Made by a program: the position numbers and the translations under genes. Under the pieces are notes generated by a model. That model searched no databases, was not told the DNA's origin, and saw only the letters and a program-made list of their open reading frames with translations. Positions 37,792 through 48,900 of a stretch of DNA of 64,000 nt are shown here, piece after piece. This DNA is from Salinivirgaceae bacterium (GTDB lineage Bacteria; Bacteroidota; Bacteroidia; Bacteroidales; SZUA-534), in the NCBI GenBank assembly GCA_016284875.1, contig JAEEPS010000009.1:287-64286 (forward strand). Direction: 5' to 3'. How positions within the stretch are numbered: position 1 is the first letter of the stretch; each line of letters begins with the position of its first letter.

Positions 37792-40700
37792 TTAGAATGT
37801 TACACTAACACCGAAGACCATCTTCTTCGAGATAGGATATGTACCCATATCGATACCCATTTGGTATGCATTAGTCGAAGTTGTTGCAGTCTCAGGATCC
37901 ATACCTGGATATTTCGAGAATGTGAAGTAGTCATCAAGTGATACAAATACCCTCATGTTTTGAATGTAGGCTTTCTTTGTGATGTCGGCAGGAAGGGTGT
38001 AACCCAATTGAATCTGCTTGATCTTGAAATAGTTGCCCTTGAAGATATTGTCGTCAGATGCCCAATATTTAGTATCGGTAGAGCATTTGTTAAGAGCAGG
38101 TCTTGAAGCGCCAGTGTTGTCCTCAGTCCATGCATTCTTGTGATAATACTCAAGAGTATTGCTGTACGGACGGTCGGTGCGGAACAAAACCGGGAATATG
38201 CTGTTACCGCCTACACCATTACCAAACAGAGTGAAATCGAATCCTTTGTATTCAAGGTTGATAGTCATACCATAATTGTATTTCGGCATGCCCTGACCAA
38301 TATCAGTCTTGTCGTCGTCAGTGATTTGGCCATCACCGTTCATGTCAACAAGTGTGTAAGAACCGTCTTCTGGATTAACCTTGTCGAATTTGAAACCATA
38401 GAAGTACCAAATTGAGTGACCTTCCTCAAAAGCATTGCGGATAGAGTTCACATAGTAAGAACCTTGCAGAATACGTCCACCAGCGTTGGGATCAAGGTAG
38501 GTAACTTCGTTCTTAAGAGTTGAGAAGTTGGCGTTTACAGAATAATTGAGGTCACCAAGTTTGTCTTTCCAGCCAAGTTCGAATTCAAGACCCTTGTTCA
38601 TGATTTCACCAGCGTTCTTTGTTACGCTTGATACACCAAGTTCCATCGGAGGAGTAACATCAACCAGAAGGTCTTTAGTGTTCTTCTTGTACCAGTCGAT
38701 GCCAAGAGACAGGCGGCTGTTCAGGAAGCGTGCGTCCAAACCGAGGTCAATCTGCTCTGATGTCTCCCATTTCAAATCTGGGTTGGCCAAACCTGAAGGC
38801 ATTGAACCAAACTCTTGAGGAGCAGCGTTGTCAGTTGTGCTGTATTGGTACCATTTTTGGTTGTAGGCGATAGTTGTTGCGTACTTGTAGTCGCGCAATA
38901 CGTTGATGTTACCATTGCGGCCCCAAGATGCACGGATCTTCAAGAACGACATAATGTCTGTGCTGATGTTGTCTTTAATGAAACTTTCGTTGCTGAGTGT
39001 CCAACCTGCAGATACTGATGGGAATTTACCCCAACGGCTCTCTTTCGGAAGTTTTGACTCATCGAATGCGTCAGCACGGAAGTTCAATTGCAAACTATAC
39101 TTGTTGTCGAAAGAATAAGTCAAACGACCGAAGTAAGAAAGGCTTGCAGAACGGTTCGGTTTGTTATTGAACGATTTGGTTACAAGTTCTGTGGTCTCAG
39201 AAGTCTTGTAAGTTACGCTTTCAATAGCTTCAATGTCTGCTTTTGTTGCAGTTGAGCCTTCTTTGAACTTAATAGAGTATTTGGTAATGTCGTCACCTGT
39301 TGCGGTTTTTTCAACAGTACTTGTCGATGTATTGTTGGCAACATAGTCCAGATAGCGGAAGTTCTCCTCGTATGAAGAAAGAATGTCTGTACCTTTTGCG
39401 CTACCACTAACGTTGTCAGTCTTATCCTCGATGTACGACATACCAGCCATCAAACCGATATTGTTTTTACCAAAATCGATGTTGTAGTTGAAGAAGTTCT
39501 CCCACTGATAGTAAAGACCAGTTTGTGCTTCAGCTGAAATATTGTAGTTGTCGTCGTATGCCATGCTGTTTGCATAGTACGGAGCAGAATAACTGTGACG
39601 ATTGCTATGTCTGATGCGATAACCTAAACGTGAGGTGTAAACAAATCCTTTAATCGGAGATAAGTTTGCAAACGCTGTTCCACGTACGGTAACACCACCA
39701 TTGTCTGCATCAGTGCGGTACAACTGGATAAGCGGAGAACCATTATCTGTTTCAATGTATTTCGAAACTGCTAACAGACGGCCTTCGTCATCTCTAACTG
39801 CGAGTGAAGGGTCTTTCTTATATTTATTTACAGTAATCTTACGATTGAAATCCTCGTAATCGTTATAGTACAGCGGAGTCAGAGGGTCGTTCTGGATAAC
39901 GGCCATCATCACTGAGTTGGCCTCGCTCATATGTCCTACCGACTTAGTTGACCATTTCTCAATAGAGGTGTTTGTACCAACAGTCAGCCAATCTTTAATC
40001 TTATAGTCAGCATTGATTTGGGCAGAAAGACGTTTGTAGACATCTTTGTCGCCAACAACGATACCATTGTTGTTCAATGAGTTCAATGACAAGAAATAGT
40101 GTCCGCGTTGGTTGCCACCTTGCATTGACAGAGAGTGCTGTTGAGTGTAACTCTTTTCGAACAGAGCGTCTGCCCAATCGGTGTCAATTGAACCATCGTC
40201 ACCATATTTCTCCATGTCTGCCTCAATGTCAACACCGCCCTTTTGATTCATGTAGTCAATGAATTGCTCGCGGTTCATAACATCAGGTTTCTTGGCCAAT
40301 TTGTTCTGAGTCAGTTTGTAACTGTAGGTAATAGTACCGTCGCCTTTGTCCTGACCAGATTTGGTTGTGATGAGCACAACACCGTTACCTGCTTCAGCAC
40401 CGTAGATGGCAGCTGATGCAGCGTCCTTCAAAATCTCCATTGACTCAATCATTGAGGGGTCGAGGTATTGGATGTTGTCCACCTTCAAACCGTCAACAAT
40501 CAACAGAGGGCCAATGTTACCACTGTTAGAAGAATAACCACGAACGCGGATGGCAGCGCCTTGACCAGGAGCACCTGAGTAGTTCAGAATCTGAACACCA
40601 GATGCTTTACCTTGCAGAGCTGATGCTGCGTCGGTGATTGAAAGTTTTTTAAGGTCATCAGAACGCACTGAAGCAACTGAACCAGTCAAGTCGCTCTTCT

Positions 40701-41052
40701 TTTGCGTACCATAACCTACGACCACAACCTCGTCCAAGCCTACCAAATCAGGCACCAGGCTAACGTTGTAAGGACCATTACCGTTAACGGTGATTTCTTC
40801 AGTAGTATAACCAATGTAGGAAATCTGAAGAACATCGCCATCAGCGGCGTTCATTGTAAATTCACCATTACCAGCGGTAATAGTACCAGTCGCGGTTCCT
40901 TTGATAACCACGTTTGCTCCCGGAATGGGAAGTTGCTCATCATCGAGAACCTTACCCTTTATTTCATGTTGCTGGGCAAAAGCTCCGACTGAAAGCAGCA
41001 TCATCGACAGTGCTAGCACTGCGTTTTTCCATAATAGATGCATTTTCATCAT
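37792..41052 (-). CDS. susC: SusC/RagA TonB-dependent transporter (pair 1)
   Basis: EVVVVGYGTQKK, LKDAASAAIYG...NGVVLITTK, NPDLKWETS, C-terminal Phe. Confidence 0.95.
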   Translation of the reverse strand: MMKMHLLWKNAVLALSMMLLSVGAFAQQHEIKGKVLDDEQLPIPGANVVIKGTATGTITAGNGEFTMNAADGDVLQISYIGYTTEEITVNGNGPYNVSLVPDLVGLDEVVVVGYGTQKKSDLTGSVASVRSDDLKKLSITDAASALQGKASGVQILNYSGAPGQGAAIRVRGYSSNSGNIGPLLIVDGLKVDNIQYLDPSMIESMEILKDAASAAIYGAEAGNGVVLITTKSGQDKGDGTITYSYKLTQNKLAKKPDVMNREQFIDYMNQKGGVDIEADMEKYGDDGSIDTDWADALFEKSYTQQHSLSMQGGNQRGHYFLSLNSLNNNGIVVGDKDVYKRLSAQINADYKIKDWLTVGTNTSIEKWSTKSVGHMSEANSVMMAVIQNDPLTPLYYNDYEDFNRKITVNKYKKDPSLAVRDDEGRLLAVSKYIETDNGSPLIQLYRTDADNGGVTVRGTAFANLSPIKGFVYTSRLGYRIRHSNRHSYSAPYYANSMAYDDNYNISAEAQTGLYYQWENFFNYNIDFGKNNIGLMAGMSYIEDKTDNVSGSAKGTDILSSYEENFRYLDYVANNTSTSTVEKTATGDDITKYSIKFKEGSTATKADIEAIESVTYKTSETTELVTKSFNNKPNRSASLSYFGRLTYSFDNKYSLQLNFRADAFDESKLPKESRWGKFPSVSAGWTLSNESFIKDNISTDIMSFLKIRASWGRNGNINVLRDYKYATTIAYNQKWYQYSTTDNAAPQEFGSMPSGLANPDLKWETSEQIDLGLDARFLNSRLSLGIDWYKKNTKDLLVDVTPPMELGVSSVTKNAGEIMNKGLEFELGWKDKLGDLNYSVNANFSTLKNEVTYLDPNAGGRILQGSYYVNSIRNAFEEGHSIWYFYGFKFDKVNPEDGSYTLVDMNGDGQITDDDKTDIGQGMPKYNYGMTINLEYKGFDFTLFGNGVGGNSIFPVLFRTDRPYSNTLEYYHKNAWTEDNTGASRPALNKCSTDTKYWASDDNIFKGNYFKIKQIQLGYTLPADITKKAYIQNMRVFVSLDDYFTFSKYPGMDPETATTSTNAYQMGIDMGTYPISKKMVFGVSVTF

Positions 41053-41201
41053 ACAAAAGTTTTTGTTAATTATTAAATAGATTAGTCACCGGCTGGCAAA
41101 TCCATAGAATCTGCCAGTTTATCTTAAAAATTTCGTTTCCGTCTACGCGTTTTAATTGCATACACGAATTTCCGCATTGTCTTTGGAGCGTCATAAAAAT
41201 A

Positions 41202-41231
41202 GTGTCTCATATTTGTTTCTGTGTGTCTCAT
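41202..41231. promoter_or_regulatory. Probable HTCS (AraC-type) operator: direct repeat with 21-bp period
   Basis: gtgtctcat at 41202-41210 and 41223-41231 in the divergent susC1/HTCS intergenic region. Confidence 0.6.
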
Positions 41232-41433
41232 CATTTTTTATATTTGTTGCATAATTTTTTGATTCTGTATCATTGTTTGATGATATTTTGTTGATTAATA
41301 ATTGATTATGGCTTTTTAATAGTTTTAGATATTTTAGCCGTCAGAAATAGTGCAGTTGTATGCTTTTCGAACTTGGAAAAGCAATAAAAGGTTGATTGAA
41401 CGGCGAAAAGAAATTGTGATGAGGTTTTGCTTT

Positions 41434-44400
41434 ATGGAATTGAATAGATTATTGCTGTTATTATTGCTAGTTCTCCCGCATTTGTCGGTTGCAAACAATT
41501 GTTTTGTGTACACGTCGGAGTTCCATTTACCATCAAACAAGGTCAATCATGTGTTCCAAGACCATGATGGAATGATTTGGATAGCCACCGAGGACGGATT
41601 GTCGATGTATGATGGCGAGGAGTTTGTTGCCTTTCACAGTAATGAGTCTGATTCAACTTCGTTGCGGAACGAATATGTGAGATTCACCTTTGAGGATCAT
41701 CACGGCAGATTGTTCTTTGGTACATTGTCGGGCCTTCATTATTACGACAGGGATTACCGGAAATTTTACCAGATTCCTCAATTTGTTGAAAACATGAAAT
41801 TTACCCGAGGCGTTAATGTGTCGTGTGTTGTGGAAAGTGATTGCACAATTATTGTCGGCACATCTGGGTATGGCATTTTTGCTTTGGAGCAGTCTGATAG
41901 CGGATTGATTCTGCGTCAGGATCCTGATTTGTTGCCTAACTGCTACTATATTAAAAAGTTGATGCATGACAGCCACGATAATTTATGGGTGGCTACCGCC
42001 AATAGTGGTGTATATGTGCTGAATAAGAAGCGTGAGATTGTCAGCACCTATTCCTTTGACAGCAACGAGTCGTGTTTCTCGCTTCTGGAATCGCCCGATG
42101 GCTATATATATATAGGTACATCACATGGAAACTTGGTTCGATACAACCCGGAGACGGAGTCGTATTCTCTTGTTGATACCAAGGGATTGATAAACAGTGC
42201 TTTGGCGGATATGATGGTGAACGATTCCTCTTCCTTGTTGCTTGGAACTGATGGCGATGGATTGAAGGTGTTGAATACCGCTACTGGAGATATTCAAGAT
42301 TACAATATCAGTTTGCTGGGTATTGATAGTCAAAAACTTAAAATCCACTCGATTATGCGAGACAACAGTGGCGGTCTGTGGCTCGGATGTTTCCAGCAAG
42401 GTGTAATTATGGAACCTGCTGTCGAAAACGATTTTTATTATGTCGGAAGCAGGTCGTCGTCAGCGAATAATATAGGCTCATGTTGCGTGACTTCAGTTTT
42501 TAGCGACAAAAACGGAGACGTTTGGGTAGGTACAGACAATGATGGCATCTATTTGTTAAACAAGGATTTTTTGAGGAAGAAACATTTTCAAGTTGATCAT
42601 AAAACGGGTGGCGTGCCGCGTACAACATTGTGCATTTTTCGTGATTCCCGCAATAATATTTGGGTGGGTTCGTATTTGTCGGGTCTTTTCAAACTTGATG
42701 AAAATACTGGTCGGTGCCAGTCGTTCCCCCTTGTAGGTCAGAGTGATTTCCGGTTGTCGCCGAGTATTTATGGTATTGACGAGGACGAACATCACAATTT
42801 GTGGGTGGCGGTTTCCGGGATAGGTCTTTACAGAATCAACATACTAACGCATGAGCAGAAGTTCTACCGCAATCAGTCCGGCAGCATTAGTTCATCGCAG
42901 ACCGACAACCGATTGCCAAACACATGGATTAACAAAGTGTTGGTGCACGACAACCGTGTATATTTGGGTACTTATGACGGATTGTGCTGTTTCGATATTG
43001 AAAAAGAGGATTTTACATCGACATTTGGGACCAATCGTGTGCTTGCAGGCGAAGTCATCTATGATTTGCTTTTCGATGAAGATGGAGTGATATGGCTTGC
43101 CACGGCAAACGGACTTTTTAGTTTTAATCATCAAAATGGTGAATCTGTCAGATTTACAATGGCTAACGGATTGCCTAACAATTCTGTAGCATCGTTGCGA
43201 CTTGGTTCTGATGGCAACATTTGGCTTGGCACTAGCAACGGCATTTCATGTATGAACCGTCAGACGGGTTTCTTCTCAAATTATTATGCTTCAGATGGTT
43301 TGCAGTGTAACGAGTTCAGCAAAGGCGCATCAACAGTTGGGCAGGACGGAATGTTGATATATGGAGGCATGAACGGACTGATATGCTTCTATCCACAGAA
43401 TATTAAGAAACACTGCACCATCCCAAAAGTCAGAATTTCAAATTTTTATATCAATAACACTCCGGTAACAAAAGATATGTTGTCGGACGGACGCCCGGTT
43501 GTCGATTGCGATATAACAAATGCGGAAAAGGTGCGTCTTTCCAATACCGACAATTCGTTTACCATTGAGTTTACAGCTATGGAGTTCGCTTCGCGCGACA
43601 GAATAAGTTATTGGTACAACATGGATGGGAAAGGCTGGTTCAGGTTGCAATCGAGAACCAACAGAGTCTCGTTTAGTAATCTAAAACCCGGAAAACATGA
43701 ATTTTGTGTCAGGTCAGGAATTATGACCGCCGATGCCATTTCATTTTCGAAAATCCGTAGGCTTACAATTCAAATCGCCGCTCCGTGGTATGCGTCGAAG
43801 TTCGCTTATGCGCTTTATGCAGTTGTCCTGGTTTTGGCAGTATTGTTCGTCATGTTATATATTAAGCGTGACAACAAATTGAAAATGAAGATATTGGAAC
43901 ATAAGCACGCTGAAGATATCAAAGAGGCTAAACTGCAGTTCTTTATAAACATATCGCATGAAATTCGCACCCCAATGTCGCTGATTATCGGGCCAATACA
44001 AAAACTTATCAGCACCGACGATGATCCGGAGCGTCAGCATACCTATAATATAATATATAGAAACGCAGAACGGATTCTCGGTCTTGTCAACCAACTTATG
44101 GATATTCGGAAAATTGACAAGGGGCAGATGAAACTCCGTTTTGAGAATGCCGATGTGGTAAAAATCGTGCGGGGCGTATGTGATAATTTCAGTTTCCAAG
44201 CCTCGTCGCATGACATCAGTCTTAACTGCACTGCTGATAGCCAGCCGATAATGGCATGGGTTGACACTGCTCATTTCGACAAGATAATAGTCAACATCCT
44301 TTCAAACGCATTTAAGTTCACACCTTCGGGCGGAAGCATAAATGTTACTGTCAAGCAGGATTTCTCGGGGCAATCGAACTCGGGATCTGACGGTTTTGTG

Positions 44401-45537
44401 GTTATCGATATTGAAGACAGTGGTCCGGGTGTAAACACTGATGATTTGAACAGAATCTTCGACCGTTTTTATCAGTCGCCAACCAATGGCAAGACTGTTT
44501 CCGGCACTGGAGTCGGGCTTCATCTGACAAAATCACTCGTTGAGTTGCATCATGGCACAATTGCGGCAGCCAACAATGTGGGTAAAAACGGTTGTCACTT
44601 TACTGTCAGGATTCCGCTTGGCGATAGGCATATGACGGCAGAAGATAAAACCGCGCCGTTGGTTGTTGAGCAGGAGGGTGGCCAGGCCGCTCTTGAATTA
44701 AAGCCATCAGCATCTCCGACTGGCAAGACAAGCGTAAGGCAGTACAAAAAGACCAAGTACCATGTGCTTGTGGTTGAAGACGACGATGAAATCCGGAGGT
44801 ATTTGAAAAGCGAACTGTCAACAGATTTTCATGTGCAGGTGTGTGCAAATGGAGCAGAGGCTTTTGAGGTGATATTGAAAAAGGCGCCGGACATTGTGGT
44901 CAGCGATGTAATGATGCCGGTAATGGACGGGGTTACGCTTTGCAAGAAAATCAAACAAAACATCACCATTAACGACTTACCAGTGATATTGTTGACATCC
45001 CTAACCAATGAAAGCAATATTATTGAAGGTCTCGATGTGGGCGCTGACGCATACATTACAAAACCCTTCAGCATTGAATTGCTGCGGCATACAATGTTGA
45101 ACAAACTACAAAGCAGGAATGTTTTAAAGAATAACTTCAGAGGAAGTCAGACTCAGGAGGCAATGTTGGAAAAGCCTGATGTTGTTTCGCCCGACGACCG
45201 TTTGATGCACCGCATCATGAAGGTTATCAACGCCAATATAGGCAATCCGGATTTGAATGTTGATATGCTGGCTACCACTGTTGGTATCAGCCGGGCTCAT
45301 TTGCATCGGAAAATGAAGGAACTTACCAATCAATCAACGCATATGTTTATCAGAAACGTACGCCTGCAACAGGCCGCGGCGCTTTTGCGCGAGGGAAAAC
45401 ACAGTGTGTCGGAGATTTCTGATGTTGTCGGGTTTGTCAATACTGCTTATTTTTCAACGGCCTTCAAAGACATGTTTGGAGTGACACCAACGGAGTACAT
45501 GTATCAGCATTCGGGAAACAAGGAAGAACGGAAATAA
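41434..45537 (+). CDS. Hybrid two-component system sensor kinase / response regulator (AraC)
   Basis: Reg_prop propeller repeats, Y_Y_Y domain, TM, FFINISHEIRTPM HisKA, GTGVGL HATPase, VVSDVMMPVMDG receiver, C-terminal AraC HTH. Start could be 41419. Confidence 0.96.
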   Translation: MELNRLLLLLLLVLPHLSVANNCFVYTSEFHLPSNKVNHVFQDHDGMIWIATEDGLSMYDGEEFVAFHSNESDSTSLRNEYVRFTFEDHHGRLFFGTLSGLHYYDRDYRKFYQIPQFVENMKFTRGVNVSCVVESDCTIIVGTSGYGIFALEQSDSGLILRQDPDLLPNCYYIKKLMHDSHDNLWVATANSGVYVLNKKREIVSTYSFDSNESCFSLLESPDGYIYIGTSHGNLVRYNPETESYSLVDTKGLINSALADMMVNDSSSLLLGTDGDGLKVLNTATGDIQDYNISLLGIDSQKLKIHSIMRDNSGGLWLGCFQQGVIMEPAVENDFYYVGSRSSSANNIGSCCVTSVFSDKNGDVWVGTDNDGIYLLNKDFLRKKHFQVDHKTGGVPRTTLCIFRDSRNNIWVGSYLSGLFKLDENTGRCQSFPLVGQSDFRLSPSIYGIDEDEHHNLWVAVSGIGLYRINILTHEQKFYRNQSGSISSSQTDNRLPNTWINKVLVHDNRVYLGTYDGLCCFDIEKEDFTSTFGTNRVLAGEVIYDLLFDEDGVIWLATANGLFSFNHQNGESVRFTMANGLPNNSVASLRLGSDGNIWLGTSNGISCMNRQTGFFSNYYASDGLQCNEFSKGASTVGQDGMLIYGGMNGLICFYPQNIKKHCTIPKVRISNFYINNTPVTKDMLSDGRPVVDCDITNAEKVRLSNTDNSFTIEFTAMEFASRDRISYWYNMDGKGWFRLQSRTNRVSFSNLKPGKHEFCVRSGIMTADAISFSKIRRLTIQIAAPWYASKFAYALYAVVLVLAVLFVMLYIKRDNKLKMKILEHKHAEDIKEAKLQFFINISHEIRTPMSLIIGPIQKLISTDDDPERQHTYNIIYRNAERILGLVNQLMDIRKIDKGQMKLRFENADVVKIVRGVCDNFSFQASSHDISLNCTADSQPIMAWVDTAHFDKIIVNILSNAFKFTPSGGSINVTVKQDFSGQSNSGSDGFVVIDIEDSGPGVNTDDLNRIFDRFYQSPTNGKTVSGTGVGLHLTKSLVELHHGTIAAANNVGKNGCHFTVRIPLGDRHMTAEDKTAPLVVEQEGGQAALELKPSASPTGKTSVRQYKKTKYHVLVVEDDDEIRRYLKSELSTDFHVQVCANGAEAFEVILKKAPDIVVSDVMMPVMDGVTLCKKIKQNITINDLPVILLTSLTNESNIIEGLDVGADAYITKPFSIELLRHTMLNKLQSRNVLKNNFRGSQTQEAMLEKPDVVSPDDRLMHRIMKVINANIGNPDLNVDMLATTVGISRAHLHRKMKELTNQSTHMFIRNVRLQQAAALLREGKHSVSEISDVVGFVNTAYFSTAFKDMFGVTPTEYMYQHSGNKEERK

Positions 45538-45991
45538 GCAGTCAGAACCAATAATCAATACTATAAGCCATTCAACGTTTATATAATCGTTAAACTAACC
45601 GAGTGGCTACAACTTCCCATTCTCAATTCGGTTTTCCAAAACTGTATTGAAAAAAAAATTCATTAAATGTTTGAGGTGTAAATTATTTATATACTTTGCA
45701 CCGTTCGATGGAGAATAGGGGGGAATCAGAACGTTTTTTTGAAAGAATTGCTATATTGAATTGATTCTTACGGATTAATAAAGGTAATTTTTACATTATT
45801 GTTATTATGCTGCGAGAAGAGAAAAAGATAGTTTATTGCAAAAATGTAATCGTTTGCGCCGCAGAAACGGCCCCGCAATCGGTTGCATTCGATTTATTGG
45901 CGGACGAATGTGAATGTGAAAATGCAATTTCAACACTTCCAATGTTGGATTTGAAAGTGACTATATAATTTAATAACCAAACAAATTTAGT

Positions 45992-48900
45992 ATGAGGAAA
46001 CATCGACTATGGAAATTGGCGGTTGCAATGCTGCCAATGATGTTGCTCTCTTTCAGTGTTTTCGCTCAGAAACATCAGATTTCGGGTAAGATATTGGACG
46101 AGGGTGAAATGCCAGTTCCAGGTGTTAACGTTGTAATTAAAGGTACAACGATTGGAACAATTACAGGTGGTGACGGTACTTTCAGTATGCAGGCCGCCGA
46201 TAATGATGTGCTGGTTATTACCTACATCGGTTACACGACGCAGGAGATAACAGTGAAAGGTTCAGGCCCTTACAACATCGCGTTGCAGCCTGACATGGTA
46301 GGCTTGGAAGAGGTGGTTGTCGTTGGTTACGGCCAACAGAAAAAAGCCTCAGTTGTGGGCGCTATCACTCAGACCACAGGTGCGACATTGCAGCGCGCCG
46401 CAGGTGTGAGCAACATTGGCGCAGCCTTGACAGGTAACTTGCCGGGCGTTATCACAACACAAGACACAGGCCAGCCTGGTGAGGAGGATGCAAAAATCGT
46501 TATTCGTGGTACAAGTTCATGGAACGGCAGCGACCCGTTGGTTTTGGTCGATGGTATTGAGCGTTCAATGAACTCTGTCGACATCACTTCAGTTGAGAGC
46601 ATCTCGGTTTTGAAAGATGCATCGGCAACAGCCGTTTACGGTGTGAAGGGTGCTAACGGCGTTATTCTTATCACCACAAAACGTGGTGAGGAGGGTAAGG
46701 CTCGCATCGACGCAGGTTTCACCACTACAGTTAAACGTGTGTCGAAGTTGCCTAACAAACTCGACTCTTACGACGCTTTGATGGCTCGCAACAAAACTGT
46801 TGAAATGGAGTTGCCTGTTACCGACAAAGATTCATGGGAGTATATCACACCGCAAAGCGAGATTGAAAAATATCGCGATCCGGATGGTTACACTTACAAT
46901 GAATTAGGTGTGAAACTTCAGAATAGAGAGCGTTACCCGAATGTTGACTGGCAGGATGAGTTGTTCCGTAAGCAGGCAATATCTTATAATGCTAACTTGA
47001 GCATCAGCGGTGGTACCAAATCTGTACGTTATTATGGTTCAGCTGACTACGTTTATGAGGACGACCTTATGCGTCTGTTCGACAATGGCCGTGGTTATGA
47101 GACAGGTTACAGTTACCAACGTATCAACGCCCGTAGTAACATCGACTTCACTATCACCAAATCGACAGTGTTCAAAATGAACCTTGCCGGTTCGCTTGGT
47201 ATCAAGAAGGCTCCTGCAATGAACGCAGGTGATGTTTGGCAGGAAGGTCAGCGTTGGGCAGGTGCCTACAACATTGCACCTGACGTATTCCTTCCGCAAT
47301 ATAGTGATGGTGCTTGGGGTTACTATCCGCAGGTTTCAAACGTAACCAACTCTGCACAGAACCTGGCTTTGGCTGGTATGGCAAAGAAAACCACCAACGC
47401 AATCAATACTGACTTTATTCTTGAGCAGAGGCTCGACTTTATCACAAAAGGTTTGAGCGCACGTGTAAACATGTCAATGGATAACCAGTTTGAGGAGAAT
47501 AATCGTGGTGTTAGTGACGCATACAATGATGCTCAGGAAAAATGGATTAACCCAAAGACTGGTCAGGTATTTATCCGTCACGATATTGATGGTGACAACA
47601 CCGGTTTCGACTGGGCAGAGCAGGTGAGCTGGTCAACCAATGGTGGATCGATGGGTAATGTGAACCGTCGTTTGTACTATCAGGCACAATTGAACTGGGC
47701 ACGCGATTTCGGTGCACACGGCATTACTGCCATGGGCTTGTTCTCACGCAACAAACAATTGTATGGTGATGGTATTCCATCGTATCGTGAGGACTGGGCT
47801 TTCCGTACAACTTACAGTTATGCTGGTCGTTACTTCTTTGAGTACAATGGTGCTTACAACGGTTCGGAGAAGTTCGCTCCCGAAAATCGTTTTGCATTCT
47901 TTAACTCAGGTGCCATTGGTTGGATGCTTTCTGAGGAAAGTTTCATGTCGTTCTTCAAAGAGAACCACTACATCGATATGTTGAAACTCCGCGCATCGTT
48001 GGGTGAGATTGGTAGCGACAACGCAGGTTCGTTCCTCTACATGGATGAATGGGCATACGGTGGTAAGGCAGGTATGACACTCGACGGCGGTGGCGACAGT
48101 ATCTATACATTCTATCGCATGACCAAGTTGGGTAACAAAGATGTTCACTGGGAGACAGTGCGTAAGTTCAACTTCGGTATCGATTACTCGTTGCTCCAAG
48201 GTCTGTTGGCCGGTAACATCGAAATCTTCCGTGACAAACGTTACGATGTGCTTCTTAATGGTAGCGACCGTGCCACTCCGGCATATTTCGGTTTCGATGT
48301 TCCTGTGACAAACATGGGTGAGGTTCATGCAAAAGGTTATGAGATCGAACTTCGCGTGAACAAGCAAATCAATCGCGAGACTCGTGTATATGGTAACTTC
48401 AGCATTACTCACAACGAAAACGAAATCATCGAGAAAGACGATGCACCATTGAAACCTAACTATCAGAAACAGGAAGGTTATGCAATTGGTCAGTACAGAA
48501 CATTTATTGATAGAGGCTTCATCAACAATATCGATGAGTTGTATGGTAGTCCGGCATTTGAGACTGACGACCGTTTCCGTCTGCCGGGTAGTTACTACAT
48601 TGTCGATTTCAATGGTGATGGTTCTATCGACAGCAAGGATAGCGCTCCTTATGGATACACAAGCACTCCGCAGAACACTTATAACGCCCTTGTAGGCTTT
48701 CAGTGGAAAGGCTTCAGCTGCTTCGCACAGTTCTATGGTGTTCGCAATGTAACCCGCGACGTTGTGCTGCAGAGCTTTGGTCAGAAACTGAACACAGTTT
48801 ACGATATGGGTGAAATCTGGTCGAAAGAGAATCCTGATGCCGATGTAACTCCGTATCGCTGGAGCACTGCTCCGGTGAGCAAGGAGGGTGGTCAGTTCCC

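Noticed and set aside
45670-45700. Sigma-A promoter for susC2 (tttg...tatactttgca)
   Set aside because: Plausible, but it deviates from TAnnTTTG and the usual spacing, so it is not listed as a feature.
40690-46346. Active susC shufflon or invertible segment between inverted susC 5' ends
   Set aside because: The longest identical stretch I found is about 13 nt, synonymous sites are diverged, and no recombinase is nearby. Kept only as ancient homology.
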